Of a stretch of 36,667 nt of DNA, positions 22,197-34,949 are shown piece after piece. Under the pieces are notes generated by a model. It saw only the letters and a list, made by a program, of their open reading frames with translations, made no database searches and was not told the origin of the DNA. The translations under genes were made by a program, and so were the position numbers. This DNA is from Octopus bimaculoides (taxonomy: Eukaryota), in the NCBI RefSeq assembly GCF_001194135.2, contig NC_068989.1, positions 42,476,880 through 42,513,546 of the forward strand, given 5' to 3'. Each line of letters starts with the position of its first letter. Position 1 is the stretch's first letter.

Positions 22197-24869
22197 AGTG
22201 GAAATATTGTAAAAGCTAACGAGAGATGAGTTAAAGTAATCACCGAAATAAAGATCACCAAAATATATTTTTCATAAGTGGTTTGGAAATTGACAAGTGT
22301 CTAATCTTTAAATGATATATAATACTGAAATATTTCAGAGTGAACAACACTCAACAACATAATTCTGAAGAATATACCAAACACAACATCAGTATTACGT
22401 TGTCAATGTTTTGTTTTTATCGAAAAATTAAGATTTGGAATTTGTATTTCTAAAATAGATGATAACATAACATGGCAGTTTTCTTTGTTAGTTTTCACAT
22501 AGCGGAACCATAACTCTACCCTTTATCCAGAGTATTTATCTTACGGTTCTAGGTGCTTTCTAAAGACGAGGGTAACATAAATTACAGTGGAAGTGGTTAT
22601 AGTTTCTAAAGACTAGAACATATAACTTACTGCTTCAGCATGACCTGTTTCAGAGCATGGAGTTACGACATCTATTGTTACTCAATCTGTGGTGTGGTAG
22701 ATTAGTGGGTCGTTAGAGCGTTGATGTGTCTTTCGCCAATAGCAAAAGATACTTGCCCAACTACGTGACTGCGAAGCGAATTCCTAGAGCGAAGGGAATG
22801 CATATCTGATTATAGCACTTCACTCCAGGAATTAAGGATTTTTACCAACTACAACAAATTTCTGTTTGAATAATTTTTAATAGAGAATACCTCTTCCCTT
22901 GAATACATTAGATGTCTGCTTCATAGTATGGTAGGGATAATAATCTCTGTCGTTTGGGGTGTTACTTAGATATTTCTCGTTCTATTTATATTATGCTCAT
23001 GATGGTTTCTCGTTCGAGGAACCTAGACCAAATTAATGCGAAAAATGGACGTAACGATACAGAGAATAAACAAACAATAATAAATATGATACACAAATTA
23101 TCTTTCATGAATTTACAAATAAAGGATAATATGTTAAAAGTTTGAAAATTTGAACAATACCGTTAAGAATAACAATAATACATTTTGCAAAACGCAAAAA
23201 ATAAAAAAAATGTGTTTTATGAACGAAAGTTTTCTATTAAGCAGCACAGATCGAGATTATCTACAGTTCTTTCGTTTACTAAGAACTGAGAGACAATGGA
23301 TATGAGTGGTCTAACAGAAAAAAGTTACATAGCGGGGATATATGACCATAGAAAATGTCTTCTTGCCTGAGCAAAGAGGAGGGTGATATATTTCTGTATA
23401 TCTAATACACAGGGTTTTTTTCTTATGCTCTCAAAGATTTGTTGGAGGCAGGTCGAATGGGTTGTGAAGCGATATCTCTTCTGTCAGTTGGACTACGGCT
23501 TACGGGGTCGCATTTCTGGTGTTCAAAACAAAACGAAACAATACATTAGGCTAACTTACAACATGAGCCTGCACATGGGATCGTGTCACTAGAGTCACTT
23601 TGAAGGAAAATTGATGTCAGTCCTTGGCAGTGGGAACTTTTTTGTTAGAATACGGGTAGGTAGGATGATGAGCGCCGAAGTGACAAGAAATGATATTTAA
23701 TCCGATGAGTTGAACGTGGGCATGCAGGTGCTAATGACCCCTTAATTGATTAACCACAATAAATTTATATATTAGTGAATGAGGACATTGGTAATATCCC
23801 TTCAGCTGATGAAATTGTGTAGATAAACGAGAGGGTGACATGAAGCCTTCTTGTTGCATTATATCATGCACTGAAGTAGTTAAGGATTCTTCTTAGTATT
23901 TATTCATGGATTTTATTAACTTCTGCGAGAAGTTGATAAGAAATATCTTCCATGGCAGACTTTTAGAAATTTTAGATGATCGCATATTTCTCTTTTCAAA
24001 TGATGTATTGCCATAGGTTATATGAAACCATAGACATTTGTCCATGTTCATAATAGAAAAATGACATTTATACACATATATAAGAACAGCGATTAAGATT
24101 TATCATACAGGACTACATTGGAAATATTGCTTGGAAGTAATAGTTAATAAAGTTAATATATAGCGTTGACGCTGGGACTTAGGGTTGACAGTGTAAGCGT
24201 TTGACAATATAATTCTACAGTATCTCGTTTAAAGCTTCGTGATTCTGGAACCATAAAGCTGTCCGCCTTTATGGTCTTCAAGAAATATGAAAGTATCATT
24301 TAAAGTGCGAGTTATTATCAAAATAATCATCCTTGTCTGAATTGGATTTTCTGGAAGCAAATTGAATATAAACTAATGGCTCAGCTGTCTCCTGTGCTTC
24401 AAAGAAAAAGTTCAGAATCCCGATAATTATTCTTTGATTATCCAACTTACAAATTGACTGGCTAAAAGGTTTGTGAGGGTATTGAACATTTGGAGTGAGA
24501 AAGGTTTATATTCATTTGTGATAATGCATGGTAGATAATCAATATTATAAGAATCTGAACGAAAATATAATACACTAAGGCTGACAGAAAATGTATATGC
24601 AACTATATAATAGCTATAGATAGAATATGATGTAGTGCCACTATGTCCTTCTACACATGCTTTTGCGTTGCAAATTTCAATAGTGTACTGTGAAGAAAGA
24701 AATGGGAGAAAACGTAATATACAGAAATAGATAATTACAATACTGTAACGAAGTCTGATGAGAAAAAAGAAGAGAACAATTTCTATATAATAAGTATAAA
24801 CACAATATTAAATATCGTCAGAGTATTTCCAATGGATGAATCATTGAGCTGCTTCATTTAGTCATTATG

Positions 24870-25300
24870 GTAACGATAGGCAGAATCGTTAGTATGCCGG
24901 ACGAAAATCTTCATTTCTTTCTTTACATTCTGTGTTCAAATTCTATCATGGTCGGCGACTTTTTTTTTATCCGTTGTGGTCAATAAAATAAGTTCCCGTC
25001 GAACACTGCGTCGACGTAATCTACTTAGTCCCTTCTATAAAATTGTTGGCTTTGGGCCAAAAAACTGAAATCACCTGACAGAATCGTTAATATGCCTGAC
25101 ATATATTACTTACAACTTGCGTTCTGAGTTTGAATTCCGTCGAGATTGATTTTGCCATTCAATCCCAGTCAACAAAGTGAAATAATTCTTTTAACCATAA
25201 TAAGCATAAGGTTTGAGATTCTCTGGGAGGGAGCTGATCGATTACATTGACCCCACTGTTCGACTGGTGCATGTTTTATCGACCTCGAAGGGATGAAAGA
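24870..25300. mobile_element. Cluster of decayed family 1 SINEs (two on +, one on -)
   Basis: ggcagaatcgttagtatgccggacg (24879), cagaatcgttaatatgcc (25079) and a minus copy cattgaccccactgttcgactggt...tttatcgacc (25245-25285). Confidence 0.7.
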
Positions 25301-25303
25301 TAT

Positions 25304-25324
<21 letters not shown>

Positions 25325-25346
<22 letters not shown>

Positions 25347-25515
25347 AGAATTTACGAAAAAAACATAAGACGAAGAAGGTGGTGTAAACAACAAATGGAT
25401 GTATTAGTATAACGCTCGGGAATAGAGAAAGTCTTTAACGTTTCGAGCTTACGCTCTTCAACTGAAAGGAACACAGTAAGAAACAAGGAGAGAAACAAAG
25501 AGAAAAAAATATAAA
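25325..25515. mobile_element. Possible Penelope-like terminal-repeat remnant
   Basis: aacgtttcgagcttacgctcttc reads gaagagcg..ctcgaaacgtt on the minus strand. This recalls the GAAACGTT motif of Penelope pseudo-LTR ends. No coding support was found. Confidence 0.35.
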
Positions 25516-26646
25516 TGTAGTGGTCAGCGATCTATCATACATGCACTAACAGGCATCACAGTAAACGGACGTTGTGATTTTCGAAAGATTCATTTCTAGA
25601 AATCAAATAATGTCATATGATGTGTTTAAATACTAAATGTACTATGTAGTCGACTCACCTAATGCATTTTTAGTTATTTAAACCCGTTTGTACCAATGAA
25701 TAGTGATCGCCCACACGTTTCTCTGTAGCTTGTTACAAGTAAAATTGCGTAACTTAATAGGTCACGCTATGTAAGCTATTTCGACAAAATGTCATTTGTT
25801 CGCCTAATACACTGCCGAATATTTTCCAGGTGATACATCGGTAAATATTTCAATGACATACATATGTTATAAAGCAATAACAATGAAGGAATAGGATTTA
25901 ATCACAAATCACAACAATTGTTTCTGTGCACTAGTAACAGCTGTTAGTTGTTGAGTTTGCCTATTATAAATTGTATTATATAAAATATTATATGAAATGA
26001 TCCAGCAATAGCTTTGTACTCGCACGCCATCAGGTGAGTGGCTTTGACAGAGCAGCGATTTGTGATTAAAGCCTGTTCATTTCATCTTCTTGTTTTATAA
26101 ATTTTTTAATGAATTCTGTGTACAATAACGGATTTTCACATGTAAATCCAGTAAAAGATTTCCTGCTGTATGATGGCATATAGTAGCTGATAACCTTAGA
26201 GGAGTTTTGAAATGTACGCTATAAGGTTATTACCCATATGATATTATATGTGTGTATGTGTGTGTTTCTTGTTTTTTTTTTTTTTAGGAATGCTGGTGGG
26301 TAGCGTCGCTCAAGCTTAGTAAAGGCTTAAAGATCGTACAACTGCTAGTCATTCTGGTGGTACTCGTCTGTTTAATCTGGTCTTCGTCAAGAATAATCCC
26401 AATCTAATGGGAAAACCATTATTTTCACACTTTTATTTCTACTTTTGCAATTTACCTATCTAGTCCACCTGTCTAGTCATTATTTTTTTTTAGAGATATT
26501 CGCATTCGAATAGCGGCATAAGGTGGAATATATAGAATATGCATTGCTAATTTAAAATTTTAAATATATTTACTGTTTAAACCTATATTATTAAAAACAT
26601 TTTCAAAAAAACTTCTAACAGTAACCACATCATCATCATAATCAAT

Positions 26647-26767
<121 letters not shown>

Positions 26768-27604
26768 NNNNNNNNNNNNNNNNNNNNNNNNNNNNNNNNN
26801 NNNNNNNNNNNNNNNNNNNNNNNNNNNNNNNNNNNNNNNNNNNNNNNNNNNNNNNNNNNNNNNNNNNNNNNNNNNNNNNNNNNNNNNNNNNNNNNNNNNN
26901 NNNNNNNNNNNNNNNNNNNNNNNNNNNNNNNNNNNNNNNNNNNNNNNNNNNNNNNNNNNNNNNNNNNNNNNNNNNNNNNNNNNNNNNNNNNNNNNNNNNN
27001 NNNNNNNNNNNNNNNNNNNNNNNNNNNNNNNNNNNNNNNNNNNNNNNNNNNNNNNNNNNNNNNNNNNNNNNNNNNNNNNNNNNNNNNNNNNNNNNNNNNN
27101 NNNNNNNNNNNNNNNNNNNNNNNNNNNNNNNNNNNNNNNNNNNNNNNNNNNNNNNNNNNNNNNNNNNNNNNNNNNNNNNNNNNNNNNNNNNNNNNNNNNN
27201 NNNNNNNNNNNNNNNNNNNNNNNNNNNNNNNNNNNNNNNNNNNNNNNNNNNNNNNNNNNNNNNNNNNNNNNNNNNNNNNNNNNNNNNNNNNNNNNNNNNN
27301 NNNNNNNNNNNNNNNNNNNNNNNNNNNNNNNNNNNNNNNNNNNNNNNNNNNNNNNNNNNNNNNNNNNNNNNNNNNNNNNNNNNNNNNNNNNNNNNNNNNN
27401 NNNNNNNNNNNNNNNNNNNNNNNNNNNNNNNNNNNNNNNNNNNNNNNNNNNNNNNNNNNNNNNNNNNNNNNNNNNNNNNNNNNNNNNNNNNNNNNNNNNN
27501 NNNNNNNNNNNNNNNNNNNNNNNNNNNNNNNNNNNNNNNNNNNNNNNNNNNNNNNNNNNNNNNNNNNNNNNNNNNNNNNNNNNNNNNNNNNNNNNNNNNN
27601 NNNN

Positions 27605-27990
27605 NTATTTCGCCTGTCGTTACGTTCTGAGTTCAAATTCCGCCGAGGTTGACTTGGCCTTTCATCCTTTCGGGGTCGATAAATTAAGTACCAGTGGAGT
27701 TCTGGGGTCGATGAATTCGACTTAACTCCTCCCTTAAAATTTTAGTTATTGTTCCTACAGTAGAAAGGATTTATAAATAACTTAGGCGGCGAGCTGGCAG
27801 AGTCATTAGCAGACTGGACAAAATGCTTAGCAGCCTTTCGTCCATTTTTATGTTCTGCGTTCAAGTTCCACCGAGGTTGAGCTTGCCTTTCATCTTTTTT
27901 TTGGGGGGGGGAGGTAGTCGATAAAATAATCGACTAGCCTCTCCTAACAAACTTCAGGCCATGTGTTAAGGTAGAAAGAATGATTATTAT
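27605..27990 (+). mobile_element. Two head-to-tail family 1 SINEs (27605-27770, head in gap; 27783-27990)
   Basis: Same motifs as 15221-15700, at the paralogous position after (TTG)n. Confidence 0.85.
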
Positions 27991-30159
27991 TACCATTCAA
28001 TTACCGTTAATATTGCAGCTTTCAGTTTTTAAATAGTGTTTATCTCCTTCGTTTGTTTATTTGCCTCTTTCTACTCACCTAGTTTGTCATCACCATTGCC
28101 ATCATTATTTATTTACTCACTTAATTATCTATTCACTAATTAATCTTGCAGTATAGAGTTCTTTTAGTTCTTACTTCCCACTTGTTCTATTTTTTCCCCT
28201 TTTCTTTCTTATTTTTTGGCTTTTACTCTTCGTTTTTTGTCTTTTTCATAATTTTATACTTTCTCAGTACCTTGAACATTTTTCAATATTTTTTCATTAG
28301 TTGTCTTTTCCAACATTTTCGATGTTTCTTTCATACTTTTATTGCGTTTTCTTTATTTCTTTAATATTCTTAACAATATTCCCAATTCTCTACTTCGTAT
28401 TTTCCATCTTTAGTTGATGTTTTTCATTAGAGTTTATCTATCACTATCCCCAACAATTGCCATCAACTTACTTTTGAACCATCTTTGTAAATCAGAACCT
28501 CTCCCGCTAAGATTTCTTTTTCCTTCTATTGTTATATCATTTTATTTATTTATGTATTTATTTGTTTATTTATTTATCTATTTATCTATCTATCTATCTG
28601 TTTTAAGTGCACACCAATCAACTATTATTCCTTCCCCACTGGTTCTAAGTTCATTAATTTACTCATCTGCAATTTTTCCATTGGCATTTTTTTTTTACCA
28701 TTCTAACACCCGCCCTCCATACTTCATTTTGCCTCTCAAAACACATCTTTCCATCCCCTCATTCTTCTTACTCCTTTCTCTCTTTTTTTCTGCTTCCACT
28801 CCCCCCCCCCCACATTTTCTGCTCGTTCTTCTTCCTTTCATTTCCTACTTCCTCTATCCTTTTCTGTTCTATCTTTTTATATTTCTCCTCTTCCTTCATT
28901 TCAACATCACCAAAATACCCTACAACAAGAGCTCTATATTTAATTGTACAAATTCCATCATCCCTTCGGTCTTATTTTGCCTGAACAGAATGAACAACCA
29001 CAGGTGAAACTCAGATCAGCAAGTGACTGAACCCGATTAAAATAAAATGTTAATTTTTACTATGTTACTATGTACTCTTTTTTCTAACACTCAACACTAA
29101 ACGGATTTATATACACGTATATGTGTGTATGTGTACATATACGTATTTTTATGTATATAGGATTTATTATTAAGAAACTAAAATCTATTTATAATTTACT
29201 CTGATTTAAGGTCAGTTACTTTAATCAGGCAAGATTGAATGAATATCTTATATTGACCGTACACCGTTTAAGTCGATTCTCATTTTCGAGAGTGACGGTT
29301 GATAGTCTGTACTGTGTCGTTGCGGATTGTGCTGTAACTGAATGGATTTTGCAACTGTTGAGTAGGTCAGGGCAAACCATTTTGATTTTCAGGTATCAGA
29401 ATACCTTACATCGGTTTTGGTATGCAGACATTGATAGCTATGCATAATCCATGAGCTCTATGACTTATCAAAGAAATAGTTTTCAGTGTCAGCAAATATA
29501 CAATATTTCAGATCTTCAGTTCAGCGATATCAATGGCTGTTTCAAATTCTAGAACTTTTCATTCAAGCTTAATTACCAATCTCCAACTTCAATAGAGTAT
29601 GGAGCCGTTCTGTCCACAATACTTCAAGTTATCGTTTATTTTAGTTTCCAAATGAATTTGGACAATGAAGTGAATTTATATAAGTCCCTCTATCTGAGTG
29701 ACTGTATGTGCTTGTTATATCTTTATCTAAAGATATTTACGGTGAACTCAATATAATCCTTATCGATACCATGAGTCAGTGTTAAGGTTGCTCTTCTTGT
29801 ATCACAAACTTAGAGAGATACAATATTCTGAGTGAAAAAAATTGTTTTATTGTAAATACAAATGAATGTTTGGAGTACAGAAGGATGTTTGTGTGAATGT
29901 TCCTTAGATTATTGCGTAAAATTTCGCCCCCCACACACGCACACACAATAAATAAATAAATATATATACTTACTTCCGTTACACATAATATTTTTACTCA
30001 GGGACTTGTAGATCCGACACCGTTCGGTAATTGGTGCGCATTCAAAGTCAGTGAACTGTAATTTTACGAAACCGGTATGCCATTGAATCTCTTTAACAAT
30101 TCACAATAATGACTTTTATTCCTAAGATATATATATTTATATACTATAGCGTCAGTCAC

Positions 30160-30420
30160 ACCAAAGCCTTGTGAGTGGATTTCGTACACGGAAATTGAAA
30201 GAAGACAGCCTCTATATGTGTATATTTATGTGTCTGTGCGAGTGTGTATCTGTGTTTGTACTCTCACTATCGCTTGACAACCGATGTTTGGCAAAACACT
30301 CCTATAGAATAAGTACTAAGCTTACAAAGGATAAATCCTGGGGTCTATTTTTTTTCAACTAAAAGCGGTGCTCCAGCACTGCCGCAGTCATATAACTGAA
30401 ACAAGTAAAACAATAAAAAA
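30160..30420 (+). mobile_element. Family 2 SINE, 5'-truncated, in the SDR intron
   Basis: caccaaagccttgtgagtggattt...gcggtgctccagcactgccgcagtc...actgaaacaagtaaaa is similar to 1538-1900. Confidence 0.8.
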
Positions 30421-30436
30421 CTATGCCATTTTAATT

Positions 30437-30463
30437 CCGAGCAACGCCGGGTATCTCTGCTAG
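30437..30463 (+). mobile_element. Helitron-type 3' terminus remnant
   Basis: CCGAGCAACGCCGGG is an imperfect GC hairpin, followed after a short spacer by CTAG (30460-30463). The body of the element is not recognisable. Confidence 0.45.
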
Positions 30464-30753
30464 GACACACCCACCCACGCCCACACACCCACCCACACAC
30501 ATATATATAATTATATTTATATATATATATATATATATAGATAGATAGATAGATGCATACATATTGCGTATTCGTAGGAATTTAAGATAAAAACAGCAGA
30601 AAAAGACAAACTGTGTTTTCCCAACAATTTTTTAATGGTAAAATTTAATTCAATAATTTTATTGTTTCATTCAATAGTAAATAGCTATATATGTATAAAA
30701 TTGTTCTTAAATATTTCTACGTCATAAAATTTTTTTTTTTTTCTATTTTCCAG

Positions 30754-31581
30754 GCTTGATATTCTCATCAATAATGCAGCGATTGGAGTAACTGATAATG
30801 AAAGGTCCAAACAAGGTTTCGACTTGACTTTCGCTACAAACTACCTCGGCCATTTTCTGTTGACTCATCTATTGCTCGATCTTATTAAAAAATCTGCACC
30901 TAGTCGCATTATAAATGTTAGTTCAAAAGTGCACGAGTTTGCTCCCTCACCGCTTGATTTCACCCTTCACCGAGAAGGCTCAGATATAAAATACAGCAAA
31001 CTTGAAGGCTATGCTGTGAGTAAATTAGCTAATATTTACCATAGTAAATTCCTCTGTGATGAACTTACTGGGACGAAAGTCACCATTAACTCCATGCACC
31101 CGGGTTTTGTACAAACGAACATTATGAATAGGAATGTGAACGATATGTGTAAACGTTTGGTCAACATCATATGCGCCTACACATCTGCTTGGTTTGGTCG
31201 TTCACCAGAAGATGCAGCAAAAACTTTGGTTTATATGGCTGTCGAACCCGAATTGTCCGAAGTAACTGGAGAGTATTTCGAAAACGTTAGCATACAAACA
31301 AAAAGTTTGTCTAGGTCAGCTCATAACAAAGAGCAAGCGAGAAAGATGCGGGAAATTAGTTTCCTAGCTTGTAAAGACTATTTGGATTTACCTGAAGATA
31401 TAGTCAAGATAGAAGAAGTAGGAGCTTTGCAGGAAGACAATATAAAAAAGGAAGAAGAAGGTACTCAAGAGGGATTTTCTGAAGCGAAAACTGAAACGAA
31501 AACAGATACAGAAAATAGTTGTTCGCATACACCTACAGCTCCATGTGAATCAACATTACCAACAAAAGCAGTAGAAGAAGA

Positions 31582-31621
<40 letters not shown>

Positions 31622-32095
31622 ACAGCGGTTGCAGCAACAACAGCAGCAGCAGCAGTGACGGAAGTTGACGCAGCATCAGCAGAAGTAGCAGAAACAATTA
31701 AAGCCGCAACAGCTGAATCAACGAACGTGTCAGCACCTGAAATACGTACCATTTCTGAGTTAGATTTACCCACTCCACCTTGTTCTTTCACACCTTCACT
31801 CGACGCCATCAATAATAAAAACTTAGTGGAGATTGAAGACCTTTCGTCTAACGTTTGTTCTTCAACGAATGAGAACAAAGAAACAGTACCGGAAGCGATT
31901 TACAAGCCACTGATTCTTCCAGAAATTACTGAGTCAAACGAACACTACCCACCAGCTGATGTCGATCCTAACTTGAATTGTGATCCAACAAACGCTTGTT
32001 CGGATCGTACGAGCAGCAGTCGCGAGGACTCTCCTTTAATTACGCTCGATGATGCTGAAAACTCGGATAACCTTCACGAGGAAGAGACGTTTTAA
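30754..32095 (+). CDS. Terminal coding exon of a classical SDR (retinol dehydrogenase 11/12/13/14-like) with a long acidic, Ala-rich C-terminal extension (copy B, intact)
   Basis: A polypyrimidine tract and cag (30731-30753) precede a phase-2 exon start reading (R)LDILINNAAIG...FATNYLGHFLLT..LL. Later motifs are RIINVSS (catalytic Ser), YAVSK (YxxxK) and HPGFVQT. The frame is open to TAA at 32093-32095. The ORF-track start at 30824 is an internal TTG. The upstream GxxxGxG exons were not found. Confidence 0.93.
31589..31621 (+). repeat. Coding (GCA)10 repeat encoding an 11-residue poly-Ala tract
   Basis: Ten GCA codons followed by GCC within the SDR tail. Confidence 0.95.
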
Positions 32096-32527
32096 GTAAA
32101 AAAAAAACCTCAGTTGATTGTAATTAGATAACTTTTATAGAAACACTGGCCTCTCCACTCAATGCAACATGTTCCTTACACAACATATACATACACGCAC
32201 ACACTTATATTTATACATGTAAATATGCACACACTCACGCACACGTACACACACAAACGTATGTATATATGTATGTTTCAAAAGGTGCACTGGAAGGCGT
32301 GACATGTTACCAAATGTTTTGGGTAAGTTACCAAGTTCCACACTAACCCTTATTATTCCAGTTAAGCTTGTGTGCGAGATCAGCGCAAATATATATCTAT
32401 ACAAAAAACAAACAAATAGCATGACCTCTATGTTATGCTTTACGTAACGCACAAGTGTCCAGTAAGCCCACAACCGTTATAACACAATGCAGTTGACTTC
32501 ATCAGCATTAAGCTTTCAGTGTTCGTT

Positions 32528-32582
<55 letters not shown>

Positions 32583-32685
32583 GATGCATGCATACATACA
32601 TACATACATATAAATAATATACTCACAAGCATACTCATACACACATACATACATACATACATACATACATTGGTATCTGTTATCA

Positions 32686-32950
32686 TTAGAGGCAGTGCAT
32701 TGGCAGACCCTTATATCATTGGATAAAATGACTTGCGATTTTTCTTTGGGTTTTCAAATTTCTGCGTTCAATTACCGTCGAGATTAACTTTATCTCTCAT
32801 CCGCCTGAAGTCCATAAAATAAGTACCAGTTACAGACTAGGGTTGATGTAATCGACTAATCCCGCCCCCACCAGGCTTTGTGCCTTTAGTAGAAAGGATT
32901 ATTATTATTATTATTATTATCACTATTATTATCATTATTATTATTATTAT
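32686..32950 (+). mobile_element. Decayed family 1 SINE with (TTA)n tail
   Basis: aaataagtaccag...gatgtaatcgact...caggctttgtgcctttagtagaaaggattattatt. Confidence 0.7.
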
Positions 32951-33917
32951 TGTTCTGTTCTAATGTTTTGCAGCATCAGTCTGTAGTTAGTAGTTTTATT
33001 ATATCCACGAAAAATAAATTCCTTTTCCACACATAAAAATAAGGTTTTTTCTTTCCACTCTAAACTATTTTCTGTCACTATTTTATCATATTACTGATTT
33101 AAACGCAAGTCTCCTTGATTCCATCGTCTTTTGCAATAAATTTTTGAAAGATGAATTTCATTTTCAGATAGAATAAAGCAATAGTTTTTGGAATGAAAAA
33201 TGGAATAAAGATTTCTTCCATATGAATGAAGCTTCCTATTGATTGGGGGGGAAAAAAAACGAGAAATGGTAAATATTTATGATCGTATTTAGAATAATAG
33301 AGAAATATGAAAAGTATCCGGTTGCTAATCTCAATCGATATTGCATCCAAACTTTTACTCTGGTCTGCTGAGTGACAGAACTGCTTTCCCTACTCAAATC
33401 CTGCTATCCGTCGATTTTTACATTTATCCCACTAGATTGGATAAAATATGTGACAATTTTTTATTATATTTTTATTACATATTTTTTTTTGCGCATGTTA
33501 AAAATTCATATTGTGTTAGCACAAGAATAACACTTTTAAATTTTGAGATTCCCTGTTCACAAAATTGTTGTGGTATCGTACTTCGTAAGGAAGATTTTAC
33601 ATATTGTATCCTGTTAGCAATAAAATCATCTGTTCATGACCAATAATCTTCACTAGTTTTCATTAAATCTTCATTATTCAACCCACTTCTCTCAAATTAA
33701 TCATCATGAGAAGTCACACCTTTGCTATATGTAGGGGAATATTGTATAACTAACGAGAAATGAGTTAAATTCTTCTCTAACTAGATAGCACTCCAATATA
33801 TTTTCCACAGCAGACCCGAATTTTAACAAGGGTTCTGTCTTTAAACAACCCGTTCAATGATATAATGCTGTAGAATATATCAATTTGAATTTATATGCAA
33901 TGTGAATGAAGCAGCGC

Positions 33918-34240
33918 GGAGGCGCAATGGCTCAGTGGTTAGGGCAGCGGACTCGCGGTCATAGGATCGCGGTTTCGATTCCCAGACCGGGCGTTGTGAG
34001 TGTTTATTGAGCGAAAACACCTAAAAAGCTCCACGGGGCTCTGGCAGGGGATGCTGGCGAACCCTGCTGTACTCTTCCACCACAACTTTCTTTCACTCTT
34101 ACTTCCTGTTTCTGTTGTGCCTGTAATTCAAAGGATCAGCCTTGTCACACTGTGTCACGCTGAATCTCCCCGAGAACTACGTTAAGGGTACACGTGTCTG
34201 TGGAGTGCTCAGCCACTTTCACGTTAATTTCACTTGCAGG
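33918..34240 (+). mobile_element. tRNA-derived SINE (family 3), 3' end in gap
   Basis: Highly similar to 21825-22130, with the same head and body apart from short indels. Confidence 0.9.
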
Positions 34241-34867
34241 NNNNNNNNNNNNNNNNNNNNNNNNNNNNNNNNNNNNNNNNNNNNNNNNNNNNNNNNNNNN
34301 NNNNNNNNNNNNNNNNNNNNNNNNNNNNNNNNNNNNNNNNNNNNNNNNNNNNNNNNNNNNNNNNNNNNNNNNNNNNNNNNNNNNNNNNNNNNNNNNNNNN
34401 NNNNNNNNNNNNNNNNNNNNNNNNNNNNNNNNNNNNNNNNNNNNNNNNNNNNNNNNNNNNNNNNNNNNNNNNNNNNNNNNNNNNNNNNNNNNNNNNNNNN
34501 NNNNNNNNNNNNNNNNNNNNNNNNNNNNNNNNNNNNNNNNNNNNNNNNNNNNNNNNNNNNNNNNNNNNNNNNNNNNNNNNNNNNNNNNNNNNNNNNNNNN
34601 NNNNNNNNNNNNNNNNNNNNNNNNNNNNNNNNNNNNNNNNNNNNNNNNNNNNNNNNNNNNNNNNNNNNNNNNNNNNNNNNNNNNNNNNNNNNNNNNNNNN
34701 NNNNNNNNNNNNNNNNNNNNNNNNNNNNNNNNNNNNNNNNNNNNNNNNNNNNNNNNNNNNNNNNNNNNNNNNNNNNNNNNNNNNNNNNNNNNNNNNNNNN
34801 NNNNNNNNNNNNNNNNNNNNNNNNNNNNNNNNNNNNNNNTGTGATAATAAAATATATTTATATAATA

Positions 34868-34940
34868 TAGGCTCAGGTATGGTAAAGTGGTTAAGAAGCT
34901 TGCTTGGCATCCTAGTTTCGGGTTCAGTCCCACTGTGTAG
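34868..34940 (+). mobile_element. Family 2 SINE head fragment, truncated next to the mariner
   Basis: gtggttaagaagcttgctt...gggttcagtcccactg is similar to 1443-1495. Confidence 0.55.
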
Positions 34941-34949
34941 TAATTCATA

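Noticed and set aside
28146-29007. Hydrophobic ORFs resembling membrane proteins
   Set aside because: The Phe/Leu/Ser richness follows from the pyrimidine skew. The starts are non-ATG and there is no family motif.
29235-29700. Candidate upstream SDR exons near 29390 and 29510
   Set aside because: AG acceptors exist, but no frame gives GxxxGxG, ACR or LDL.S motifs.
31465-31878. Antisense ORFs over the SDR tails (also 19197-19466 and 19318-19668)
   Set aside because: They are shadows of the GCA/GAA-rich sense frame and show no independent motif.
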